Source: a virus (Duplodnaviria > Caudoviricetes). From it: DNA of 64,000 nt. Position 1 is the first letter of the stretch. Each line of letters opens with the position of its first letter. Below are positions 48,297-58,900 of this stretch, in pieces. A program made the position numbers and the translations under genes. The notes under the pieces were generated by a model. That model did no database searches and was not told the DNA's origin. It was given only the letters and a program-made list of their open reading frames with translations. The stretch lies in the IMG/VR virus record IMGVR_UViG_3300028591_000095, positions 64,001-128,000 of that record; one strand, written 5' to 3'.

Positions 48297-48584
48297 GTGG
48301 GAAAAATCAGGAACCAGGAGTTCATTGAATACATCTCCAAACTCAAATACATGGTCGATAATGATTTCGTTTGTATCAACGATATCATTGACCAAGGCAC
48401 TGTATATGGATTGAACCCTGTGATTTATAATCGCAAGCTTACACCGGAGGCTAATAAGGCTACAGTATATAGTCATGTCTATCAGAGATTCAGAGTGAGT
48501 CTCAATGATGATCAGTTATCATATCTATGTGACCACAACCTCATGTCTGTTGAGTTCATTCGACGATTAAAGAAAATGCTATAG
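48297..48584 (+). CDS. small hypothetical protein
   Basis: GTG start after GAGGAGG; terminator follows. Confidence 0.7.
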   Translation: MGKIRNQEFIEYISKLKYMVDNDFVCINDIIDQGTVYGLNPVIYNRKLTPEANKATVYSHVYQRFRVSLNDDQLSYLCDHNLMSVEFIRRLKKML

Positions 48585-48590
48585 AATTGA

Positions 48591-48613
48591 TTCCCGGGCT
48601 TAACGCCCGGGAA
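48591..48613. terminator. bidirectional terminator
   Basis: TTCCCGGGC-TTAAC-GCCCGGGAA. Confidence 0.75.
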
Positions 48614-48618
48614 CATCA

Positions 48619-49911
48619 TTATTCTTTCATCAACAATACTTTTTTGATTATATAGATTACCATCGGAGTGTACAGATATATTTCTCTCAATGATGTAATC
48701 CCATTATCAAATAACTGATCTCCAGTGTACAATGACAGATCATGGATAGAACGTAATCTTCCATGTATGAAATCATGTATGAGTTGGATGTAAGTATAAC
48801 GTTGACACTTGTAATGTTGACAGCAGTCGAATCGACATTCACAACAATTGCATTCACATTTCTTTGTACACTTACAGTCATAATCTCCAGCAAGAATCCT
48901 AGCAATCTCATCTGAGAAATATGTATCACAATATGGAGATGCACACCATGGATCATTTGGAATCATTACATGGATATCATTGTCACCGTATCTCGGGAAT
49001 GATGAATTGACAAAGTTGTATGAATCCATTATATGATATTTGAAAGTATCCAGATAACGTATTGGAGCATCACGCTCAATCCATTTGAATGGAGATTTCT
49101 CATATAAGAAATTCATATCATGCATGTTGAGTTTGTCTTTGTTCAGTACAAGATTACCATATCGATTATCATCAATAAGTAATCCATGTTTAGCCATGAA
49201 CATATTACCAGATGGATCGAATAAAGCTTCACCATTAACTCTACAGATCAAACAGTTATGTCTTGGGTCATAGAACTTGGAGACATAATTATCAACCATA
49301 TCATTTACCATCTGAATCAATCTTGATCTGTATTCGTAGTCTTGCTTACCAATGACTGGAGTTAAATCATGACCACCGATTGTCTGAAGATCTGTTTTGA
49401 ATTCACTGACAGTTTGTCTGTAAACCCATTCGATTTCATTTGGATTTGTTGAGAATAATTGATATGATATTTTATATGATCCATCTGTATTGAGACCGTC
49501 CTGACCAACTTGAGTAACTCTGAACAAATGATTCATGTTTACTTGTCTGATTACAAAGAAATCATTTTCTTTTGGTTGGATGGTTCCTGGAATGATGTAC
49601 GCTTCACCCGGTAGTTCATAGTTTCGAACCGTTGTTGTTGATGTTTGTGTGTCTTGTGGTTGTAATGGTGAGAATCCAAGTAATGGAAAATCATCAATTC
49701 TGTTGAATCTAAATGGTGAATCGTTACCAAGGATTTGATATACATCATTCAAACCAAATGAACTTGTTGATCGATCGTCATTGATATTGAAGTATGTGAC
49801 AATCGTACGACCATCACCAGTGTACTTATTTACTCTGGAATGCATCACTTCATCATATTTATACAATTGACCATCAATGGTTGAACGTTCATCAAATATT
49901 ATGTTGCCCAT
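48619..49911 (-). CDS. putative virion structural protein
   Basis: 430 aa; late promoter AACC-CAACGA-TAA at 49938-49950; Cys cluster near the C-terminus. Confidence 0.55.
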   Translation of the reverse strand: MGNIIFDERSTIDGQLYKYDEVMHSRVNKYTGDGRTIVTYFNINDDRSTSSFGLNDVYQILGNDSPFRFNRIDDFPLLGFSPLQPQDTQTSTTTVRNYELPGEAYIIPGTIQPKENDFFVIRQVNMNHLFRVTQVGQDGLNTDGSYKISYQLFSTNPNEIEWVYRQTVSEFKTDLQTIGGHDLTPVIGKQDYEYRSRLIQMVNDMVDNYVSKFYDPRHNCLICRVNGEALFDPSGNMFMAKHGLLIDDNRYGNLVLNKDKLNMHDMNFLYEKSPFKWIERDAPIRYLDTFKYHIMDSYNFVNSSFPRYGDNDIHVMIPNDPWCASPYCDTYFSDEIARILAGDYDCKCTKKCECNCCECRFDCCQHYKCQRYTYIQLIHDFIHGRLRSIHDLSLYTGDQLFDNGITSLREIYLYTPMVIYIIKKVLLMKE

Positions 49912-49987
49912 ACAGACACTCCTTTCATGTTGTAATTTTATCGTTGGGTTTATACTATTATAGTATACCCTATTATTTAATTATTCC

Positions 49988-50007
49988 ATATATATATTAT
50001 TCTTATG
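49988..50007 (+). promoter_or_regulatory. putative early promoter
   Basis: ATTCC-ATATATATATTATT-CTT-ATG. Confidence 0.7.
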
Positions 50008-50078
50008 AATAGAGAAACGATTCAAATGTTTTTATAATCCGAAATTTTTAAATTCTCTATTCGGAAAGGAGGTCAGCT

Positions 50079-50906
50079 ATGACCATAAAGCAGTTGGTAG
50101 ACAACGGGAATATTCCTTGGGTCATGAATATTCCTGACCACATCACGAAGGTTGTCGTGCATGATGGAACTTTCCATGCAGACGACGTATTCTGTGTGGC
50201 GATTCTGAAAGAGTGTTTCAAAGAGGATATTACGGTCAGAAGAATTCCTCGAAACGCAGACATTGAGAAGTATGGCTACGATACTCTCATATGTGATATT
50301 GGTGGTGAATATGATGGTATGAATTACTTTGACCATCATCAGTTTCCGGCTAGGTCACTCAGAAAGCAGGAACTCCGTGCTGCAATCGGTTTACTCTGGG
50401 ATGTCTATGGAAATCAGATGTACCATAAGACTACGTCGATGATCAGAGATATCGACAGACATGATTGTGACTCAAGGCAGTTCAGATCTCAGTTAGCTGT
50501 AACAATCGGTTCATTCAATCCTGATTGGACAGCATCAGACAAAGAGCGCGACAGGTGTTTTGATATGGCTGTTAATGTAGTAAGACAGCTAATCAGAGCA
50601 TCTATCATCTCAGATACTTTCAATATGAGAGCAATCAGACAGGTATCTGAGAATCATACAATTGAAAACAATGTAATGTTCCTGGAGACAAATGCTCCGT
50701 ATGAATCATTCATATCGGACTACGAGGAGGTGAAAGTCGTAGCAAGAAAATCCGGTAACCGTTACAAACTCAAAGCAGTGAATGGTTACTCATTCTCACC
50801 AACTTGGAGTGGAGATCCACCATTCCCGAATATGCTAATGAAGCATTGGATAATAGATTGCGGATCTAAAGAAACAGCAATCAAAATCGCAGCTTTACTT
50901 AAATAA
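50079..50906 (+). CDS. MYG1 family exonuclease/hydrolase
   Basis: HDGTFHADDVFCVAIL, DIGGEYD...FDHHQ, AAIGLLW, IDRHD, SFNPDW. Confidence 0.8.
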   Translation: MTIKQLVDNGNIPWVMNIPDHITKVVVHDGTFHADDVFCVAILKECFKEDITVRRIPRNADIEKYGYDTLICDIGGEYDGMNYFDHHQFPARSLRKQELRAAIGLLWDVYGNQMYHKTTSMIRDIDRHDCDSRQFRSQLAVTIGSFNPDWTASDKERDRCFDMAVNVVRQLIRASIISDTFNMRAIRQVSENHTIENNVMFLETNAPYESFISDYEEVKVVARKSGNRYKLKAVNGYSFSPTWSGDPPFPNMLMKHWIIDCGSKETAIKIAALLK

Positions 50907-50924
50907 TGAAAGGTAGGAAAATTT

Positions 50925-51698
50925 ATGAAAGTAAGATCTTTAAGTACTGATGACCTTAGAAAAGTTTGTAAGACACTCGTTGAAACAGACGGGGATGTCA
51001 TAGTTACTGCACAGACTCACGGTTTACCACCGGAGTTTGTAAAGAAGATAAAAAAGGGTGAGTATCTTCCGAGCGTCACAAGCTCGTTCTTCTCACCTGA
51101 TAGATGGAGAGATCCGGTTCCCGGTTGCACAGAACCTGATCCGGTTCAGCTCACCATCGATGAAGAACCCAAGGAGGAAAAAGAAATGTCAGTACCAACA
51201 AAAATCAACAGGAGACAAGGAACTCCTGAAGCAACCGTCAGACGTATCTGTGAAAGATTATGCGAAGGAACACATCTCAACAAAGAGATCGCTAAGGAAG
51301 TTGGTGTCTCCGAGAATGTGGTCTCACTGATAAAAATAAAGAAGAGATACACAGATATCTCTGATAAATATTTCACGTACATCAATGACCATCAGTACAA
51401 AGTTCTGAAAACTGGTAAGATCGTTGATATTAATGCAAGATCATTGGCATTGATGAAAAAGACCCCACCGACTACTGTTGAAGTTAAGAAGAATGAGACC
51501 AAAACAACAGTATCAGCAACAGTCAAAACTTCAGACGAAAACGATATCATTCAGGAGATAATCAATCTTGCAACAAAGGTTGTAGGCTCCAAGAAGATAT
51601 CAGAACTCCCTGAACACATTCAGACAAAGGTGCTTGAAGTTATTAAGAGTGACATTGAGAATATGTCTCTCAAAGAAATAAAGGAGCTCTGTCAGTAA
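50925..51698 (+). CDS. HTH-containing DNA-binding protein
   Basis: NKEIAKEVGVSENVVSLIK helix-turn-helix, plus a degenerate copy at the N-terminus. Confidence 0.65.
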   Translation: MKVRSLSTDDLRKVCKTLVETDGDVIVTAQTHGLPPEFVKKIKKGEYLPSVTSSFFSPDRWRDPVPGCTEPDPVQLTIDEEPKEEKEMSVPTKINRRQGTPEATVRRICERLCEGTHLNKEIAKEVGVSENVVSLIKIKKRYTDISDKYFTYINDHQYKVLKTGKIVDINARSLALMKKTPPTTVEVKKNETKTTVSATVKTSDENDIIQEIINLATKVVGSKKISELPEHIQTKVLEVIKSDIENMSLKEIKELCQ

Positions 51699-52855
51699 TG
51701 TCAAATTATCAATACCAAAATCCTCTGGATGTGCTTGATGATTATATCGATAAACTCACCAGAGGAATCATGCCAGCTGCAATAGATGAGATTACTGAAA
51801 AGGAAATCGAAATCAGAATGCGTGAGCTGGCAGCTGAGGTTGAAGATATTGACGATGCTGATGACGAGGAAATCAATGCTCTTATCTCCGATGCTAAAGA
51901 ACTCAAAGCGAAAGTTCAGGAGACTAAGAGAAAAGCGACTCGTAAAGACATCGCTATCTTCACACTCAGTGAAGAAACCAAAGCAAAAATCAGAGAAGAA
52001 ATGTCATCCTCATATGTCCGCAAGAAGCCATCAGTATATAATACGGATGAGCGTACTGAGAAGGACAATAAGGAATACATGATTCTCAAAAAGAGAGCAT
52101 CTAAAATCAGAAGATGTTACTATCATCCCGAGGATTGGAAAGCTGCTGTTGATACTTTGCTGGACATAGTAAAGTATGATAGAAAGAACTATCCATGGTT
52201 GACTGAAGATGCTTATTATCAGGCGTTCTGGAATGGAGAGATCAAACTCAATTGTATCTGTCCGATTCTGTATATAGACTATCACACTCCTATCAAAGAC
52301 CCACTGACATTATTGGGTATTTATAAGGGTGAGATAACTATAGAAGAAGAACCGACATTCGATCCATCTGAGAGAGTTAAGCTCAAGGATGATACAATCT
52401 CGATGGTTAAGGTTCATAATTATACAGAAGCAGAAACCGATTACATGCAGGACCTCGCATCAAGAGGTTTCGACACTCCGATGAACATAATCTTCAAAGA
52501 TTCGCACAAGGATCTTTATGCAAGATTCATGCCTTCAACTAAGAAGAGTGTAGATCCGGAACGTTTGAAGAATTATCTATCATATTTGCAGATGGGCAGT
52601 CAAGTAAAAGACCATGACTTCAAACCTTTTGAAGAAGCTGACATCATCAGTTATATTCATGCAATGAATCATGGTACTTTGAATACTGCTCTTAATTCTG
52701 CAACAACCAAATGGTTGACAGCAATCTCATCTCCTGTACAGAAGACACAGTTGGACATCGGTATTAAATCAACGGATGTTGTTGTAAATGCTGAAGCTGC
52801 AATGAGAGAAGCTGCTATAATGGCAAATATTAAAAGTTTATCGTCGATGACATAA
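51698..52855 (+). CDS. hypothetical protein
   Basis: 385 aa, TAATG overlap with the previous gene. Confidence 0.8.
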   Translation: MSNYQYQNPLDVLDDYIDKLTRGIMPAAIDEITEKEIEIRMRELAAEVEDIDDADDEEINALISDAKELKAKVQETKRKATRKDIAIFTLSEETKAKIREEMSSSYVRKKPSVYNTDERTEKDNKEYMILKKRASKIRRCYYHPEDWKAAVDTLLDIVKYDRKNYPWLTEDAYYQAFWNGEIKLNCICPILYIDYHTPIKDPLTLLGIYKGEITIEEEPTFDPSERVKLKDDTISMVKVHNYTEAETDYMQDLASRGFDTPMNIIFKDSHKDLYARFMPSTKKSVDPERLKNYLSYLQMGSQVKDHDFKPFEEADIISYIHAMNHGTLNTALNSATTKWLTAISSPVQKTQLDIGIKSTDVVVNAEAAMREAAIMANIKSLSSMT

Positions 52856-52933
52856 ATGTAATACTACTTGCCATAGTATAAATCCGATCCATGTCCAGAT
52901 CGGGTATGTCAACCTTTCCGAAAAAAGCACAAA

Positions 52934-52957
52934 GATCCTCCCCATATGGGGAGGATC
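52934..52957. terminator. bidirectional terminator
   Basis: GATCCTCCCCATATGGGGAGGATC between convergent genes. Confidence 0.75.
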
Positions 52958-52970
52958 CACTTGTGTGTTT

Positions 52971-55900
52971 TTAGTTCAGTTTTACTGGTTGTGAATACGC
53001 TGTTGTGCAAACGTATTTTTTCTTGTATTTGGAAATGTTATCGAGAATGATCTCGGTTCCGCAATTGACAAATGGTATGATTTGGATTGTATTATCTACG
53101 TCAGAGATGTCAGCTGAATCTGAAGATGATATGTAAATTGTAAAGAATCCATCATACTGACCAGCAACTTTGATTCTGTAACAATCATTGTCAATATCGA
53201 TTGAGTATTTGATTACAGGGATATTCAATATGTCAGATTTATGATGTAATGGAATATATGGATTCACAACAGCTTCGTGTTTCCAAAGCTTGTCATACAT
53301 TGCGAGAATCTTATTATTGTCAACCTCACGTAATCCAAGTTCTTTAACTGAGAGATTATACAGAGTAACACCATTGATACTTGGTTGATGTATGAATCTT
53401 CTGTAATCATTGGTATTATCTAAAATCAATCCGTCAAGAATGTTAGCTTCGACATCATGATTGTTAGGATTTGAAATGACGTGTTTTGTATACTCGAACA
53501 AATCAGAGTGTTGGAGATTGTAGAACAGGTAGTCGATTCGTTGATCGATTATGTATCTATTGCTCAACATCATTTTCAGGAATGATTCGTATGTGTTTGT
53601 GTGGTAGTAGTTTCCATAAAGATCTATGTAAACATTACCATGTGGGAGAATATCTGAATCAAACATATCATCAACCAATTCAACACATTCAAAGTTACGT
53701 AATGAATTGAGGTTACATAATTGGATAGATGTTGGTGATATGATATGAAGTGATTTTGAATCATTGAGACATCTACCATTTACCCAGAATTCATATCTGT
53801 CTCGTGTCAAAGGTGTCGGGATATGTCCAGTCATATCAATAATACCGTCAGATGGTATTGTATCCAATGAGTATCTGCAGATACCAACATATGGAGATTT
53901 GACTAACTCTATATTTGGATTAGTATCAGTATTGATTGCGAGTCTTCTGGTATGATCATTATGACGTGTATCTGATATTGGATAACGAACATGTTTCTTT
54001 GAGTTGTAGTAATACTTGTATGGATCATCTGGTAATGAGTTGTCTGGGTATAACCATTTAGATTGAAGATTATAGTATATATCTCTTATAATTAAATTAT
54101 AGGGGAATCCTCCTTTAGATGGACACGATACAATGAATCGTTTTGGAATAATATGATACATTGGATTATTGAGTTTAACCCAGTTACCACATTTCAATTC
54201 ATTATTCTCATTTTTTGTAACGGAGATTGTTATTAAACCACCGCAACTTTTGTATGCTGAAGAAGATGATAAGATTGAACAGATGTAATCACCTTCATCA
54301 AGATGATCTGAGCTGCATCGTTTTACTGTGAATGATTGATTATCTGAATCATCTCCTGATATAAGTTCAAATGTCAATGTAGAAAGATTTCCATTGAACA
54401 TATCAGGTTCAACACATATTGCAGTCATTCTCGTACTTGTCTGATATGAATCAACTGGCACGTTTACTGTGCATTCATATGTATTGTAATCTGATGATTG
54501 TGTTGTCGTCACATCTTTGAATTTGAATGGAACATAGAATTCAAATTCTGAATATGGACGATTGTTGATTGTGATGTCTTTGAATCTGTATACTGGATTC
54601 GAAGTATACTTACCATTTGGATCAGGTCTCTCAACTAAGAAACCTTCAAGAATATATGCTTTGTCGATATCATTTGGTAAATTATCTTCTGTGTACCTGT
54701 AATACTCGTATCCGTCAAAGTGTTTTCTTACATTAATCTCCGAATAGATATCTGCATCGATATGGTCATTGATTGATAAGAATGGTTTGAATCTGACGTT
54801 ACATGTTGGAGGATTGAGTTCGATGTCAGTAAATATATCTGATTTATTGAATCCGACATATACTAACAATTTCTGAGTGATGTGTGCTGAGTGAAGTTGT
54901 ACATCTATTGAATGGAGAACATTATTGGTTTCAAAATCATTAGGATTGTCAAACTTAACACCATCAACGATTGTAGTTGATACAATATAATCAGATGGAT
55001 CAATCCATTCATGATTCTGGTAATCATACATATACAATTCCAGTTTATCAGTATATGGAAGATCTGTTATACATTCAACAAAACTGTTTGTCACTTGACT
55101 TGCTCTACCATTATCGATATAAACTAATGCTGCATTATATGAACCAATGTTATACCATGTCGATGGAGTCTCGAGATTTCTGATATATCGGTTCATACGT
55201 TCAACGTATTTAGCCCAATAATCAATCTTCAAATCATATTCATCTATGATATTCTTGAGACGTACTTTGTCATATATTGTAGTAGCTTGAGTGTATTCTT
55301 CGATTACACCAGCTTTATACATTTCCAAATCACGAGTTTTGTTTATTCCTATTTCCTTTTGAGCATTGAATGTTTCGATTTCATTATCCCAAACATCATG
55401 GTCATCAGGTTCACTTCTGAGTATTGGATATATCTCAGATAATGTCATAGGATTCACATTGTGATTTATCATGTTGACTCTGAATGAATCATATATTGGT
55501 TCGGTTTGTTTTGTAGCCGGATTGATAAATCTGTCGTACAACCATTCAGAGTTAGCTTGTATCATAGCATCGGTGTGAACTGATGATGCAGTTGCAATAA
55601 ACTTAGTATGCATCTGACCACCATTTCCGAAGATTACATATGGATCTCCGTATGCAGTGACAAGTTGTGCAATACCAATTCTATTGTAGAATAAGTAATC
55701 ATGTTCAATTGTATCAATCAATGCTCCATCTATATACAATGATACTAGTCTGACAGTTTGACCTGCAGATTCACCACGTTCAAATGTTAAACATGCAACA
55801 TGATAATCATTTGCTGATATGGTTGAGATTATTGATTTGGTCCATGGATCTGAAACATCTGATCCACGTCCACCAAAGAACATGATGTTGTTATAGTTGG

Positions 55901-58900
55901 AGTCATCCTGATTATATACACCGAGCATAAATACTGGATCTTCCGGATATGTATCCTGCGAAGTACCAAGAATTGTTGCTGGTAATGCATAACCTGTTGA
56001 TGGATCTGCTTGTACTGGAGTTCCATCAATTCGTTTGAATACAATGTAGATTGTTCTGTTATCCAATGATCCAGCTGTATCAGGACCACTCAACTGTATT
56101 TCGTTTGTATTGGTATGAATTTCAAGATTCATAATGACTTCATGTTCATCACCAATTGAATTCAATATAATCGGTAATGGATGATCATACTCAAAATCAT
56201 ACCATTGGGTTGGTGTAAGATAACGCAAGCAATCATAATAATGATCAACGTTATCCATGTATGGCATTTGTGATATGTCGGTTTCGTATATCTGGAATTC
56301 ACCAATATACTTGAATTGATATTGTTTGTGTTCATCATCAATGAATCGATTGTCGATGTTGTCACCAATAAACCAATTCAATCTTGTGTAAACATAATTT
56401 GCATTATTCTGAACAAAGATTGGATCTCCAGGGAAATAGAACATTTCCTCATACGGAATCTCACTGAGTTCTATTATATTATATGAACCCAACGATGTAT
56501 CATTATATTCATTCAAGAAATTAGATACGTTATCAGGTATAACATGACACTCAATATCATTAAACAGATAATCCTGAATCTTCAAAAGATCAGCTACTTC
56601 CAACCATTCACAATCATCAACTTTGGCTTCTAAGAAACCGTGACTTTGTGAATGATCAATTGATGTAACGATAACAGGGAATCTGTATTCATAATCAGCA
56701 GTCTCAAGATAAATCTTCTGACCAACTACGTATGGACCATAGACTGAAGTTATTACATCATCATCCGTTGGAATATGTAAAACTTGAGATGGTTTGAAAT
56801 ACATTCTAGCTGATGTATGCTCACCGTAATTACCTACAGCATATTCATTGATCATCTGATTTGGTGCATAGATTCTATCGATAGAACCCGGAAGTCTTGT
56901 GTTTCTGTTGAGAACCAGTTCAGATACATGTGAGAGTTGATTGAATCTGTTTCCAATCAGTAACTCATAATGCATATCAGTGTATTTACGATTAACGATT
57001 TGACCATCTACAACATTGAATGTTTCATGAATATTCTGAACATCAACCTTTGTGTTGTTCAATTCATTAAGTAATGAGATTGGATCTGCAATATCCGATG
57101 ATGAACCAACTCTTGAGAATGTGATGTCTGCAGAAACGTATGATGAACCTGATGCTGTTATTACTTCAACCTGAACATTATCAATTGGAGTACCATCGAA
57201 GAATGCATATTCACATACAGGATACAATGCTACGACTGTGTATGTTGTACCATCGTATTCATATTTAGGATACAGAATAATGTCAACGTCATTAACAACA
57301 TCTCCAGTCACTGGATGTGTTGTATGAGCTCCAGCAGTAAGTGTGAACTTTGCGTATTTCGGTTCATCTCCAACCGTCTGTGGCTCGTAATCAACATTCA
57401 TTCTGTACATATCGAAGATGTAATGCTGAATTATGTCATAAACGAAATTACGGAGTCTTATGAACTGTAATCTATATTCATTTATAAGTGATGCAAATGT
57501 TGATTCTAAGTTAGGAATACTCTGAGCAAGCGTCATTCTTATATTTTCGAATGTACTCTGGTATTGTGTGAAACGAGGTTTATCATACAATGTATTATCA
57601 GATACATAATCCTCAATATTAGCAATCAACTCATAGTCAATCTGCGAAGCCCATTCTTTGAATTCGAACAGGTTCATTGTTTGATTGATCTTCTTGAAAT
57701 GTAAATACATCTTACGAACTCTCGGTTTTGCATAATCCTTAAATCCGTAATTGTAGTATACAGATTTGATGTCACTGTTGAATTCCTGAATGAATCTATA
57801 GATGGATACAATACGATTGTTGAAATCGATGTTGTTCACCATATCATTAGTTATAGTCCACAAAGCATTTACAGTTTCATAGATTTTGTTGGTTTGTTCA
57901 TAGAATGGTCCGAATACTAAACGAATCACTTGCTCTGTATCTGGGTTCATATATTCAGGATACCGCAGTTTATTATCTGCTTTTACTTTGAGCTTGTAGA
58001 TTCTGTCTTTCAATAATCCATAAAGTTTCATCTGATTGAATGACGTCTCATAGTTTGTCATGAAGTCTGACATATAATCATGAACTGTCGACATGTACTC
58101 TGTAAGAAGCTGACACGCTTTGATATCATCATGATATGAATTCTTTACAGCTCCAGCTGTGGTTATATCGGGATACTGAACATATTTAGATCCATCAATT
58201 TCATTTTCTTTTATCAATGGATATCTAACAAAGTTTCCATAGCTGTTGAACACATAGCGATATGGAGTATTGACTATTGCTGAACCTTGTACGACGAATG
58301 GAAGTTGATGATATACACCGGATTCAAGTTCACCACTTACAGTATTCGGAGCTGTGTAGAAATATGAATAGTTAACACTGGATTCATCATTTCTATTCAA
58401 TACTGAAGTTATATCGATATCAATATATCTTTCAGAATGATGATCATGTGTCAATCTATAAAGGAAATACGATAAGAAGTTATCGTTATTATTATAGAAA
58501 AGATTGATTGTGTAGAATAGATAGTTGATTGTGAATGGTGATTCCAAAGAATCTTCATCTGGAGTTCCAAGTGTTGTCACACCAGACAATTCATAGTTGA
58601 TATCAGACGGATATTGCTTCAACAGTTCATCATCAATTCGATGTTTCAACATCTTCGACATTACATTGACACATGTTGTACCATCGTAATCATCAAACAA
58701 AACTTCACTGATTTTCAACAGTTTATTTTCAGCACTCCAATATCTGATATATCCTTGATGCTTGTGAATCTCTGTACAGAACTTATCAAAGTCGAATACA
58801 GTTTCACCAGTCATTGGTTCAACGTTAGGTTCACCAGCGGCTTCGGTATCAGTATATAATACGAAGAATTTGAATATCTCATCACCTTTGAGATTTGTAT

